64,000 nt of DNA from Microcoleus sp. (GCA_042408215.1 JAYFMW010000013.1:1-64000), one strand, 5' to 3'; shown: positions 9,402 through 19,059, counted from the first letter of the stretch. The notes: generated by a model not told the origin, from the letters alone. Program-made: numbers and translations.

Positions 9402-9534
9402 ATAAAACTAGAATAACTGTTTCGTTTCTTTGAGACATGGCTGCACAATAGTCATCATATTTTTACATTATACTCAGAACCCCGCAGGCTTTAAGAAGTC
9501 GGGGTTCTGAAAGAGGTTCTGAAATAAGAGAATA

Positions 9535-9561
9535 AGAAACCCCCACGTATGGGGGTTTTCT
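9535..9561 (-). terminator. Hairpin after coxC (AGAAACCCCCACGTATGGGGGTTTTCT)
   Basis: GC stem ~20 bp downstream of the stop with a T-rich tail on the minus strand. Confidence 0.65.
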
Positions 9562-9579
9562 GCTGAATCTACTGGGACC

Positions 9580-10221
9580 TTAGAAAAGAGTGAGGACGTA
9601 AATCAGCAAGAACAACACAATCCAAATAATGTCTACGAAGTGCCAGTAAATTTCTGCCATTTCGATGCCAGTGTGCTTAACATTTGAGTAGTGACCCTCG
9701 CGGCGACTCCGCCAAATCACACCCAAAATCAAGCATACGCCAAGAAAAACGTGGAAACCGTGGAAACCGGTCATCACATAGAAACAGTTAGCAAACACAT
9801 TCTCAGTCAAACCGTAACCCAAGGTCATGTACTCGTAAACTTGACCTCCTAAGAAAACAATTCCCATCACAGCAGTAATGGCGTACCACAGCCGCATTCC
9901 TTTGATATCATTCTTTTTCACCGCAGTGTCACCCAAGTGAATCACGAAACTGCTGGAAACCAGAATAATTGTGTTGATTGTCGGCAACAATAATTCTACT
10001 TCTGTGCCTTCCGGTGGCCAAGATTCGGCACCACCTCGCAATAATAAGTAAGTAGCAAACAGCCCTCCAAACATGAGGGATTCAGAAATTAGAAAAGTCA
10101 CGAGTCCGAACAGTCGCAAATCTTGGTGTTCTTCGTGATGTTCGATTGCACTCGCTGCTGCTACTGGGGGCACTGACGAGTTGATTACACTTTCTGGGTT
10201 GTCAATTGTTGAACCTTGCAT
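9580..10221 (-). CDS. coxC: Cytochrome c oxidase subunit III
   Basis: TGFHGFHV and YWHFVD motifs. Confidence 0.95.
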   Translation of the reverse strand: MQGSTIDNPESVINSSVPPVAAASAIEHHEEHQDLRLFGLVTFLISESLMFGGLFATYLLLRGGAESWPPEGTEVELLLPTINTIILVSSSFVIHLGDTAVKKNDIKGMRLWYAITAVMGIVFLGGQVYEYMTLGYGLTENVFANCFYVMTGFHGFHVFLGVCLILGVIWRSRREGHYSNVKHTGIEMAEIYWHFVDIIWIVLFLLIYVLTLF

Positions 10222-10322
10222 AATTCTCCTTTATTGAAAACGTAAAACTCTCTTGTTTTAGAGCCCCGACTTCTCAAAGAAGTTGGGGATCTGGCTATTC
10301 TGTTGTTTTAGGTGGGCTGATA

Positions 10323-10453
10323 TTATGTCCGGTAGCATCGGACTTGTATGGGCGGGGGCGGGTTTATGAGATTGTCGATCGTGGGCAATTATTTTGGGTG
10401 AACCCGCCCCTACAAAATTTAACATCATACAAGTCCGAATCAAACGGAAATGA
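10323..10453. mobile_element. TA-flanked MITE with internal GGGGCGGGTTT...AACCCGCCCCTAC REP
   Basis: Imperfect TIRs (...TCGGACTTGTATG / CATACAAGTCCGA...). Confidence 0.7.
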
Positions 10454-10465
10454 TATTACTTACCA

Positions 10466-10595
10466 ATGACAACTATCAACTGTCAACTCTCAACTGACAA
10501 CTCTCAACTGACAACTCTCAACTGACAACTCTCAACTGACAACTCTCAACTGACAACTCTCAACTGACAACTCTCAACTGACAACTCTCAACTGA
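10466..10595. repeat. 14-bp tandem repeat ACTGACAACTCTCA (alternating heptamers)
   Basis: About 8 units visible. Confidence 0.9.
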
Positions 10596-10739
10596 TACCA
10601 ATTTAATGGGTCGTTGCATATATCTCGATCCCCCTCGCATCCCCCTTAATAAGGGGGACTTTGAGCAGAATCTTGTTCCCCCCTTATTAAGGGGGGTTAG
10701 GGGGGATCAGATTCTACGGGGCCTCATAAAAAACTGGTA
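10596..10739. mobile_element. MITE TACCAATT...TGGTA with CCCCCTTAATAAGGGGG core; inverted sister copy at 22544..22707
   Basis: Two homologous copies, both flanked by TGA and both inside STRR tracts. Confidence 0.8.
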
Positions 10740-10753
10740 TGACAACTGACTAA

Positions 10754-12535
10754 TTAATGACCATTCTGACTCGAACCGCGATCGTCGTCAGCTTTCTTGG
10801 TAGCATCCGGTTCAGACTCAGCCACCAAAACAGAGGTAGAAGATTCAGCTTTTTTATTACCTGTCGGAATCAGGATGCCCAAATGATCTATGTTCGGAAT
10901 GGAATTATTCATACCGTAGTCGTAGGGGCCGTGAGTGACAACGGGCAATACTTCCCAGTTTTCAATGATGGGTGGCGAAGCGGTTGTCCATTCCAAAGTC
11001 AAGGCGTTCCAAGGGTTGCTGCTGGTTTTGGGGCCGTACATCCAACTCCAAATGATGTTGATGAAGAAGGGAATTACCGAAAATCCGAGCAGAATTGAAC
11101 CGTAGGTGCAAATCTTGTTCAGGGACTCGAATTGCGGGTCATACATGGCAATCCGGCGGGGCATTCCTTGCAGGCCCAATTGGTGCATGGGTAGGAAGGT
11201 TAAGTTGGTGCCGATGAAGGTGAGGACGAAGTGAATGCGGCCCCAGGTTTCGTTGTACATCCGGCCGGTGATTTTGGGGAACCAGTGGTAAATTCCGGCG
11301 TAAAGGCCGAAGACTGAACCGCCAAAGAGGACGTAGTGGAAGTGGCCGACGACGTAGTAGCTGTCGTGTACGTGGACATCGAAGGGCGCAGTGCCTAAGG
11401 TGACTCCGGTCAAGCCGCCGAAGACGAACATCATCAATAAGCCGATCGCAAACAACATCGCACTCGTGTAGCGGATTTTACCGCCCCACAGGGTAGCCGT
11501 CCAGCCGAAAATCTTGACACCAGTGGGAACGGCCACAATCAGGGTGGAAATGGTGAAGAACATCCGCATCCAGGGAGGTGTGCCGCTGGTGAACATATGG
11601 TGTACCCAAACGAACAGTCCGACTAAGCAGATGGCTAAGCTGGAATAGGCGATCGCCTTATAGCCAAAAATCGGTTTGCGCGCGTGAACTGGGATCACTT
11701 CGGACATGATCCCGAAGATGGGCAGAATCATCAAATAAACTGCCGGGTGGGAATAAAACCAGAATAAGTGTTGGTAAATAACGACGTTGCCGCCTTGGTC
11801 TGGTTTGTAGAATGAGGTGCCGAAGTTGATGTCAAACAGCAGCAAGGTTAATCCCACTGCTAATACTGGGGTTGATACCAGTGCCAGCATGGAAGTTGCC
11901 AAAATTGCCCAACAGAATAGGGGAAGTTGATCCCATTTCATGCTGGGTACTTTCATTTTGAGGATGGTGACAACAAAGTTGAGCGAACCCAAAATTGAGG
12001 ATGTTCCTGCTAGGACGATCGACAAAATCCACATTGATTGAGCCGTGTTGGCTGTAATCACGCTCAGCGGCGGATAGGATGTCCAACCAGATTGAGCTCC
12101 TCCGAAGAAGAAGCTGCTAATCAGTATGATTCCGGCGGGGGGATTCACCCAAAAGGCGATCGCGTTGAGCTTCGGAAACGCCATGTCTCTAGCACCAAGC
12201 ATCAGCGGTACTAAAAAGTTGCCGAATCCGCCGATCGCCGCTGGCACGATCCACAGGAAAATCATGATCGTCCCGTGGTTGGTCAGGAAAGCGTTGTAGA
12301 GGTTCGGGTCCATAAAGTCGGAATCGGGGGTGTAGAGTTCCGCCCGCATCGCCATCGCCATTAATCCGCCGATCAGGTAGAAAATAAAGGCTGTTACCAG
12401 GTATTGAATACCAATTACTTTGTGGTCAACGTTGAAAGTAAAGTAGTCATACCATTTCCACGCCGTTGGATGGTGCGAGTAAGTATCGCCTTTCATGTCT
12501 GGCGGGGTATTTACTGGAAGTTGCGCTTGTGCCAT
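10754..12535 (-). CDS. coxA: Cytochrome c oxidase subunit I
   Basis: WFYSHPAVY, WVHHMF and GHFHY heme/Cu ligands. Confidence 0.97.
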   Translation of the reverse strand: MAQAQLPVNTPPDMKGDTYSHHPTAWKWYDYFTFNVDHKVIGIQYLVTAFIFYLIGGLMAMAMRAELYTPDSDFMDPNLYNAFLTNHGTIMIFLWIVPAAIGGFGNFLVPLMLGARDMAFPKLNAIAFWVNPPAGIILISSFFFGGAQSGWTSYPPLSVITANTAQSMWILSIVLAGTSSILGSLNFVVTILKMKVPSMKWDQLPLFCWAILATSMLALVSTPVLAVGLTLLLFDINFGTSFYKPDQGGNVVIYQHLFWFYSHPAVYLMILPIFGIMSEVIPVHARKPIFGYKAIAYSSLAICLVGLFVWVHHMFTSGTPPWMRMFFTISTLIVAVPTGVKIFGWTATLWGGKIRYTSAMLFAIGLLMMFVFGGLTGVTLGTAPFDVHVHDSYYVVGHFHYVLFGGSVFGLYAGIYHWFPKITGRMYNETWGRIHFVLTFIGTNLTFLPMHQLGLQGMPRRIAMYDPQFESLNKICTYGSILLGFSVIPFFINIIWSWMYGPKTSSNPWNALTLEWTTASPPIIENWEVLPVVTHGPYDYGMNNSIPNIDHLGILIPTGNKKAESSTSVLVAESEPDATKKADDDRGSSQNGH

Positions 12536-12560
12536 TTGATATGTTGGGAATTTTAATTAG

Positions 12561-13015
12561 AAGGAAGAAGGAAGAAGGAAGAAAGCCCTTCGACACTTCG
12601 ACGGAGTTTATCCTGAGCGTAGTCGAAGGGCTCAGCGCACCGCTCCGCTTGAGCGATAGCGAATCCATGATAGGATCGAACTAAGCGGGGATGATAAGAG
12701 TAGCCGTGGTGGGCGAACTTTCCGTTGTATAAAGGCTAGACACCACCTATCAGTTTCTTATTGGTAGCCCCAATATCCCGCTCAGCCGTAAAAGAGCTGA
12801 TGGATGGGTGAAAAAATCAACAATTCTACTCCTTGGGACACAGGGAGTCTGCCTCGAAGATAAGTAATTATCTTGCTAGTTAGTACCACCTTCGGGTGAG
12901 TAAAACCTACGGAGGGAGGATAAGACCAGCTTAGAGATGGCTCTAACAAGGCTCTCCCGTTGAAAGAGGAAGCCCGCACTCTATTTGTTTACAAAATGAG
13001 TGTCGGGTATGTCAC
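12561..13015 (+). mobile_element. Protein-less IS605-type element with extended omegaRNA-like region; REP nested in its left-end hairpin
   Basis: TTAG left flank; right end GAAGCCCGCACTC...GAGTGTCGGGTATGTCAC; removal restores coxB ...AGG AAC TAA. Confidence 0.8.
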
Positions 13016-13035
13016 TTCCTAGTCGGTTGGAGTTG
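12830..13035 (+). ncRNA. Putative omegaRNA scaffold plus guide (5' boundary approximate)
   Basis: GGGACACAGGGAG...GATAAGACC...CCCGTTGAAAGAGGAAGCCC layout; GUAA and cUUCGg tetraloop hairpins. Confidence 0.55.
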
Positions 13036-14058
13036 AGCGACGATTTCGGGTTTAATTCCCATTTCGCTAACGTAAGGAGCTAGAAATTCTGATTCTGACA
13101 AGTTAGCCGGATTAACTGCAACGGCTCGATCGACATCTAGCTCTTGAGCAATCTGACTTTCTTTGAGCCAATTGTCGTATTCTTCAGGAGTGTGAACGAT
13201 CACGCGAGTTCGCATTGCGCCGTGGTAGCCACCGCAAAGTTCCGCACAAAAGACGGGATAGTCACCGGGTTTAGTGGCGACGAACCGCAATTCCGTGGGG
13301 ATTCCGGGAATCGCATCTTGTTTGAGCCGGAATTGGGGGACCCAGAAGGAGTGGATCACGTCAACGGCGGAAAGGTTGAGTTGAACCGATTTACCCGTGG
13401 GTACGTGGAGTTCTCCAGAGGTGACTCCGCTGTCGGGATAGTTAAATATCCAGGCGTACTGCATCCCGGTGACGTTGACTGTGACGCCTGCAAATTTGCC
13501 TATCTCCGAGGGTTTGGCACCAAAACCGTATTTTGCCGTTGGTGTGCCACCCATTTCTCCTGCCATTTCTGCTCCCATACCTTCGGAGTCGGCGATGAGG
13601 GGAGCGGCCATTGCACTGCCTTTCGGCATTTTATGACTGGCGTGGGTGGAGTTGTGAACGTGAGCCATCACCTGACTTCCGCCCGGATCGAAGCCTCCCA
13701 TATCTCTAAAAACTTCGACGCTGTAGATACCGACGCCGATCACTAGAATTGCGGGTATTGCCGTCCAGAAGATTTCTAAGGCAAAGTTTTCGCTAACGGG
13801 TATGCCATCGGTTTCGTCTCCGGGGCGGTAGCGAAATTTGACCGCAAAGTAGACGATCGCGCCTTCTACCACTATAAATAGGGCTGTGGCGATCGTCGTC
13901 ATCAGATTAAAAAAATTGTCTAGCAGTGGTGCTTGTTCTGAGGCTTGCTCTGGCATTAGGTTGTTGTTTTGACCATACCAGAAGCTGATAGCTGCGATCG
14001 CGATGCCACCAACTAGGGTCAACAGCGAAGCCGGTATTTTTCCTGTTTCTTTTTCCAT
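13012..14058 (-). CDS. coxB: Cytochrome c oxidase subunit II
   Basis: DVIHSFW and CAELCGGYHGAM CuA motif. Confidence 0.97.
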   Translation of the reverse strand: MEKETGKIPASLLTLVGGIAIAAISFWYGQNNNLMPEQASEQAPLLDNFFNLMTTIATALFIVVEGAIVYFAVKFRYRPGDETDGIPVSENFALEIFWTAIPAILVIGVGIYSVEVFRDMGGFDPGGSQVMAHVHNSTHASHKMPKGSAMAAPLIADSEGMGAEMAGEMGGTPTAKYGFGAKPSEIGKFAGVTVNVTGMQYAWIFNYPDSGVTSGELHVPTGKSVQLNLSAVDVIHSFWVPQFRLKQDAIPGIPTELRFVATKPGDYPVFCAELCGGYHGAMRTRVIVHTPEEYDNWLKESQIAQELDVDRAVAVNPANLSESEFLAPYVSEMGIKPEIVAQLQPTRK

Positions 14059-14592
14059 CCTTGAACTCCTTGAGTAAGGGCTGCGACGCCTGGACTGAGG
14101 AGTCGCTGGCTTACGGCTTGTTTAATTTGTTGACTGCGGTTTTACTAGCCGTCCTACCCCTACTAGGGTAGAACAATCAGCTAAATTTAGTTGGTTTCTG
14201 ATGCTATTTTTTAAGTTTTTTTATGCTGTTTAGTTTTTGATTTTTATTTTTTGTTTCACTTATCACAATTCTTAGATAAATAGGTTTTCTTAATTATATC
14301 TTTATTTTTGACCCCAAAGCTCGACGGTTGGGGATTTGTTAAGTATCAAGGGTTGGGGGGAAAGATTAAGCTTTTTTTAAGTTTAGCAAAATAACAGAAG
14401 TTTTTTGTAATATTATGAGGCAAGTTGAAAAATTTCTCAAGAGAAAGTAATCGGATAGGAAGGCGGCTAAAGTAGTAAATATGACTGTTTGTCACAGAAA
14501 AAGAGCGCTAGGCTGGACTAAGCTCAGCAAAAGTAAAAGCTCGCTATTTAACTAAGTAAGTTCGATCGATAACAAAGGCTAAGGTAAAGTTC

Positions 14593-15507
14593 ATGGCAAA
14601 CTCAGTTTTAAATCAGCCAAACGCCACAGCAGAAGTGCAGTGGCAGCCAAAAGATCTTGTCCGCGGCTTAGTGTGGAAAATTGCGATCGCAACCTGGCTG
14701 TTAATGGCTGTAGGTAGCGCCACGCGGGTGATGAATGCGGGGCTCGCTTGCCCCGACTGGCCGCTGTGCTACGGTCAATTAATACCCGCAGCGCAAATGA
14801 ATTTGCAGGTATTTCTGGAGTGGTTTCACCGTTTGGATGCCGCAGCAATTGGCTTAAGCGCGATCGCACTTTTAGGACTATCTTTGTTTTATCGTAGCCG
14901 CGTCCCAAAATGGCTCCCTTGGGCGAGCGCTGGGGCGGTATTCTTAATCGTTTTTCAAGGCGTATTGGGCGGCTTGACAGTAACACAACTGCTCAGATTT
15001 GACATAGTTACCGCTCACTTGGGAACAGCTTTACTGTTTTTCAGCGCCCTCCTAGTCATCGGTTTCATGCTGACTCCCTACGAAGCTACAGGAAATGTCG
15101 GCAAATTGGCTTGGGTAAGTTCCCTCGCAGCATTGTTAGTTTACCTGCAAAGTTTGCTAGGAGCATTGGTAGGCTCTAGATGGGCGCTGCATCAATGTTT
15201 TGGTTCCTCAGAATTGTGCTCGGTAATGAACAGCCACATCATTGGCGTAGTACCAGCTACCGCAGCCACTTTAGCAGTAGCAATCATGGCTTGGCGGCAA
15301 CCAGCACTAAGTTCAAACTTGCGAAAATTAGGGAATTTAGCTAGTGTTTGTCTGATTGCTCAATTAGTTTTGGGATTAGCAACTTTCCGGCTGCACCTTC
15401 AGGTAGAACCGCTGACAGTCGCCCACCAAGCAGTCGGCGCTGCTTTGCTGGGAACCTTGGTAGCCTTTAGTGTTTTGGCTTGGCGCGATCGGGTTTTATC
15501 AGCTTGA
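14593..15507 (+). CDS. ctaA: Heme A synthase (COX15/CtaA)
   Basis: GLACPDWPLC and EWFHR motifs. Confidence 0.92.
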   Translation: MANSVLNQPNATAEVQWQPKDLVRGLVWKIAIATWLLMAVGSATRVMNAGLACPDWPLCYGQLIPAAQMNLQVFLEWFHRLDAAAIGLSAIALLGLSLFYRSRVPKWLPWASAGAVFLIVFQGVLGGLTVTQLLRFDIVTAHLGTALLFFSALLVIGFMLTPYEATGNVGKLAWVSSLAALLVYLQSLLGALVGSRWALHQCFGSSELCSVMNSHIIGVVPATAATLAVAIMAWRQPALSSNLRKLGNLASVCLIAQLVLGLATFRLHLQVEPLTVAHQAVGAALLGTLVAFSVLAWRDRVLSA

Positions 15508-15522
15508 GATGGGCGCGTTAAT

Positions 15523-15640
15523 TAATCGGCGGTTGAAACCGCTACTACACAAACAAAGTCCGCCTCTGCGGACTAAGATGGGCGGGTTTATTAATCTTTT
15601 CACCTACAAGAAATATCTCTCGTAAAACCCGCCCCTACAG
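15523..15640. repeat. Two dispersed REP-like repeats (GGCGGTTGAAACCGCTACTACACAAACAAAGTCCGCC; GGGCGGGTTT...AAACCCGCCC)
   Basis: Palindromic, intergenic. Confidence 0.7.
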
Positions 15641-15691
15641 CCCATGAAAAATGACCACAAGTGACAACTAACCACTAACAACTAATCACCG

Positions 15692-16669
15692 ATGCAAGAA
15701 GTTCTTACAAACAATAGCCCTCGCCATCACGAAAACTTTTCGCAAGTGGCAAAAAGTTACTACCAACTCACAAAACCCAGAATTATTCTGCTGCTGCTAA
15801 TCACCACATCAGCAGGAATGTGGATGGCCGCCAAAGGAGAAGTCGATCCGCTATTGCTATTCGCAACTATCACTGGAGGCGCTTTAGCTTCCGCGTCGGC
15901 TAATACAATTAATTGCATTTATGACAGCGACATCGATTATATTATGGAGCGCACCCGCTGGCGGCCGATTCCTTCCGGGCGTGTCAAGAAACGGGATGCT
16001 TTGATTTTTGCGATCGCCCTAGCGATAATCTCCTTTACATTACTGACAGTTGTTGCCAACTTATTAGCAGCATTGCTAGCCATGTCAGGCATCGTTTTCT
16101 ACGTCCTAATTTACACCCATTGGCTGAAGCGTCACAGCGTGCAAAACATCGTCATTGGCGGTGCAGCAGGGGCGATTCCGCCGCTAGTTGGCTGGGCTGC
16201 GGTGACGGGAGATTTGAGTTGGGGTGCGTGGACGCTGTTTGGGATTATCTTCCTATGGACGCCGCCGCATTTTTGGGCATTAGCAATGATGATTCGCGAC
16301 GAATACGAGGGAGTAGGCGTGCCGATGTTGCCGGTAATTGAGGGCGACGAAGAGACATCCCGCCAAATTTGGATTTACACGTTATTGATGCTTCCGGCAA
16401 CTTTGCTGCTAGTTTATCCGCTGAATTTAGCGGGCGGGGTGTATGCTGGTACTGCGATTTTCCTGGGTGCTATTTTTGCCCAAAAAGCTTGGTTGCTGTT
16501 GCAGACTCCAGAGGATAAGAATGCGGCGCGATCGCTGTTTAAATACTCTATTCTGTATCTGATGCTATTGTGCGCTGGAATCGTGGTTGATAGTTTGCCT
16601 GCGACTCATAATTTTACTACTGCTGTTGTACAAAATGTGCACACTTTAATTAGTGCAGTTGTGATGTAG
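15692..16669 (+). CDS. ctaB: Heme O synthase (protoheme IX farnesyltransferase)
   Basis: [18 protein letters not shown] and WTPPHFWAL motifs. Confidence 0.95.
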   Translation: MQEVLTNNSPRHHENFSQVAKSYYQLTKPRIILLLLITTSAGMWMAAKGEVDPLLLFATITGGALASASANTINCIYDSDIDYIMERTRWRPIPSGRVKKRDALIFAIALAIISFTLLTVVANLLAALLAMSGIVFYVLIYTHWLKRHSVQNIVIGGAAGAIPPLVGWAAVTGDLSWGAWTLFGIIFLWTPPHFWALAMMIRDEYEGVGVPMLPVIEGDEETSRQIWIYTLLMLPATLLLVYPLNLAGGVYAGTAIFLGAIFAQKAWLLLQTPEDKNAARSLFKYSILYLMLLCAGIVVDSLPATHNFTTAVVQNVHTLISAVVM

Positions 16670-16678
16670 TTTTCTGTT

Positions 16679-16711
16679 AGAGCCCCGATTTCTTCAAGAA
16701 GTCGGGGCTCT
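16679..16711. terminator. Hairpin between convergent genes (AGAGCCCCGATTTCTTCAAGAAGTCGGGGCTCT); same repeat family at ~9476 and ~10260
   Basis: Long stem between two stop codons. Confidence 0.65.
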
Positions 16712-16717
16712 GGGTAT

Positions 16718-17086
16718 TTAGCTATTTTTCAAATATTTACCCAAAAACTCTAACTGGTTCACCATTTCCTCTGCTGTCTTATTAGCAGTTAGTTCCATAA
16801 TTACTTTAACTTGCTCACCGACAGAATAGTCTTGTGAAAGCAGCGCAATGCCAGCATGAGATTCCTCTCTGATCAGAAACTCAGTATGTAACTGACAGAA
16901 GTCTCCAATATTGTGACTGTACAGCACTCTATTTTGAGTAGCAGCTAGCCGAAGTTGTTCTTCGTCGATTAACCCTTCTGTTTGAGTTTCGTTGACGGTG
17001 GTTACATCTACTTGACGTGCTCGTAATGCCCGTAGTAGGGACTGATCTTGGGAATCTTCATCTAGGTAAAGCCTAATCTCACTCAT
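16718..17086 (-). CDS. DUF5615 PIN-like toxin
   Basis: RLYLDED, DEEQL, YSHNIGDF, HAGI; ATGA overlap with the DUF433 gene. Confidence 0.85.
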   Translation of the reverse strand: MSEIRLYLDEDSQDQSLLRALRARQVDVTTVNETQTEGLIDEEQLRLAATQNRVLYSHNIGDFCQLHTEFLIREESHAGIALLSQDYSVGEQVKVIMELTANKTAEEMVNQLEFLGKYLKNS

Positions 17087-17385
17087 GCTTCTTTACCAAA
17101 GTTGGTGTACAAAGCTTCTAGACGCTTGGCTTCTGCTGCTTGATGGATCAAATCAGTTTCAATTTCTGCGGTGTTGGCATGATAGTAGGTGAGTGCGGCG
17201 TAGACTTCGGCGAGGGTGAGATGAGAAATGCGATCGCAAATCTCTTCAGCATTCAATCCTCGCTTGTACCAGGTGACAATCCGGCGAACGGTAACGCCTT
17301 TACCGAGGATGTGGGGACATCCACCATGCAGTCCGGGAGTGCGTGTAATGAGCGTACCAATGTCAATAGATACTGCTGTGGTCAT
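17083..17385 (-). CDS. DUF433 antitoxin
   Basis: GGCPHILGKGVTV...LTLAEVYAALTYY. Confidence 0.88.
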   Translation of the reverse strand: MTTAVSIDIGTLITRTPGLHGGCPHILGKGVTVRRIVTWYKRGLNAEEICDRISHLTLAEVYAALTYYHANTAEIETDLIHQAAEAKRLEALYTNFGKEA

Positions 17386-17501
17386 AAACTATGGAAGTTT
17401 GAAGGGACTGATCTCTATTACAGCATAGCGATCGCAGAATTATATCGCGGTGTGAATTTGGGGCGAGAAATGAGGTAAGCTATAGACAAAGGTTTCAAAC
17501 A

Positions 17502-17735
17502 ATGCCAGCATCCGTTGCTTATCTGTTTGACAGAATCACAGTGAACCCAAGACAATGTGGCGGTCCCTGCATCCGGGGAATGCGGATTCGAGTCATCGAT
17601 ATCCTAGAGTTGCTAGCTGCGGGTTTGAGTTTTGAGCAAATTCTGGAAGAATTGCCAGACTTGGAAGTTGAGGATATTAAAGCTGCGCTTCTGTATGCAG
17701 TCCGCAAGCTCGACCATCCCGTTTTAGCCGCATGA
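17502..17735 (+). CDS. DUF433 antitoxin
   Basis: RITVNPRQCGGPCIRGMRIRV...EDIKAALLYA. Confidence 0.88.
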   Translation: MPASVAYLFDRITVNPRQCGGPCIRGMRIRVIDILELLAAGLSFEQILEELPDLEVEDIKAALLYAVRKLDHPVLAA

Positions 17736-17810
17736 CAATTTGGTTGAATTTTCATCGAACGGCAGCAATTGCTATGTGAATTAGTGCCACTTTTGGTGAC
17801 ATACATCAGC
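17732..17810 (+). pseudogene. Degenerate 5' stub of a DUF5615 toxin gene
   Basis: ATGA overlap; MTIW...AIAM*ISATFG; ends near GCGATCGATCG. Confidence 0.55.
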
Positions 17811-17924
17811 GATCGATCGGCGGTATTTTTCTCTTCTATTGGGTATTGTACCGCAACTGCGATACAATTATAAGTTCGACTGCTAGATTTTCGTAAACTC
17901 GTAATCAGTTGATATATTTCGGGA

Positions 17925-18671
17925 ATGTCTGAAAAAACTCTGCTAAGTGAAATTGTTCATTGTCCCCATGCACGAGAGTGTCAAGAAGATCTTTCTGTTG
18001 AAAATCCATGTCGTAAAATTGTTGACTCTCAAAATGCAATTGGGTTAGAAAAATTTCAAGTGCCTGAACCTTGGAGTGGACAGATAGAGCAAGCACCCAT
18101 TCTCTTCCTGAGTTCAAATCCATCAATTGGCTCTGATGAAGATTACCCAACTTGGGATTGGTCATGTAGCGAAGTACACGATTATTTCAATTACCGTTTT
18201 GGAGGAGGACGTAAGCACTGGATCGTTGATGGTACAAAATCCTTGCTAAAAGACGGGAAATATAGTCGCTCTACTCGATTTTGGGCAGCGGTTAGACAAC
18301 GTGCGATTGAGCTACTTCAACGGAACGTTAGTCCAGGCATTGATTATGCGCTTACCGAGATAGTGCATTGTAAGTCTCGTGCCGAAACTGGTGTAGAAGA
18401 ATCACAGGAGCAATGTGTGGAAGCCTACTTGTTGAGAGTTTTAGAACTAGCAAGAGCAAAAGTGATAGTGGTACTGGGGGCACGCGCAAAGCAAGTGATT
18501 CAAAGCCAATTCAAGATCTCTACAGCAAATTCAATATCCGAGTTCGTTGAGATAGGGAATCGTGAAAGATTTTTTGCTTTTCTCCCCCATCCAAATGCTC
18601 GGACCCACCGTTCTTTTGCTAAGTGTTTACAGGGTGATGAACTTGAAAAGTTACGCGCTTTTTTGCGGTAG
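17925..18671 (+). CDS. Uracil-DNA glycosylase superfamily protein (integron cassette gene)
   Basis: PEPWSG, LFLSSNP, TEIVHC, VIVVLG and LPHPN motifs. Confidence 0.85.
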   Translation: MSEKTLLSEIVHCPHARECQEDLSVENPCRKIVDSQNAIGLEKFQVPEPWSGQIEQAPILFLSSNPSIGSDEDYPTWDWSCSEVHDYFNYRFGGGRKHWIVDGTKSLLKDGKYSRSTRFWAAVRQRAIELLQRNVSPGIDYALTEIVHCKSRAETGVEESQEQCVEAYLLRVLELARAKVIVVLGARAKQVIQSQFKISTANSISEFVEIGNRERFFAFLPHPNARTHRSFAKCLQGDELEKLRAFLR

Positions 18672-18699
18672 CATCAAAATACGGCAAGAGATGCGCGCA

Positions 18700-18786
18700 C
18701 TCGAACAACGCCAATGCACCCGACCGTCGAGATCCTGTCGGTGGCAGTCTGAGGTAATTTGCGGCGGGTGATTGGCAACGTTAGAC
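18700..18786 (+). other. Integron attC recombination site (87 bp)
   Basis: R'' CTCGAAC; GCCAAT[G]CACCCG[A]CCG pairs with CGGCGGGTGATTGGC leaving two extrahelical bases; R' GTTAGAC. Confidence 0.85.
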
Positions 18787-18851
18787 CGCTAAATCTGAGT
18801 TGGGTAGTGGCTTGAATGTATCTATCAAATTCCAACCCAAAGGTGAATGTC

Positions 18852-19040
18852 ATGCAAGCCAAACTTCAAGAACAACTTTCTCCTGCTGATGCCGAAGTCA
18901 TTTTAAGACGCTTGCCAGAACGAATTCAAGCGGCTCTAATTGCGCGTGCTGCGGAAATTGAATATCCGATCGCAGCCGTGATCGAAATGGCGATCGCCAG
19001 TTTTCTCGACACAATCGAGTCCGTCTACAATAAGAATTAG
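18852..19040 (+). CDS. Small hypothetical protein, probably 3'-truncated
   Basis: EYPIAAVIEMAIASFLD, seen in small cyanobacterial proteins (from memory). Confidence 0.55.
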   Translation: MQAKLQEQLSPADAEVILRRLPERIQAALIARAAEIEYPIAAVIEMAIASFLDTIESVYNKN

Positions 19041-19059
19041 TTAGAGTCTAAAAAAATGT

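Noticed and set aside
14252..14267. CRP/FNR-type site TGTTT-N6-TCACA in the coxB/ctaA divergent promoter
   Set aside because: Only one good half-site in very AT-rich DNA
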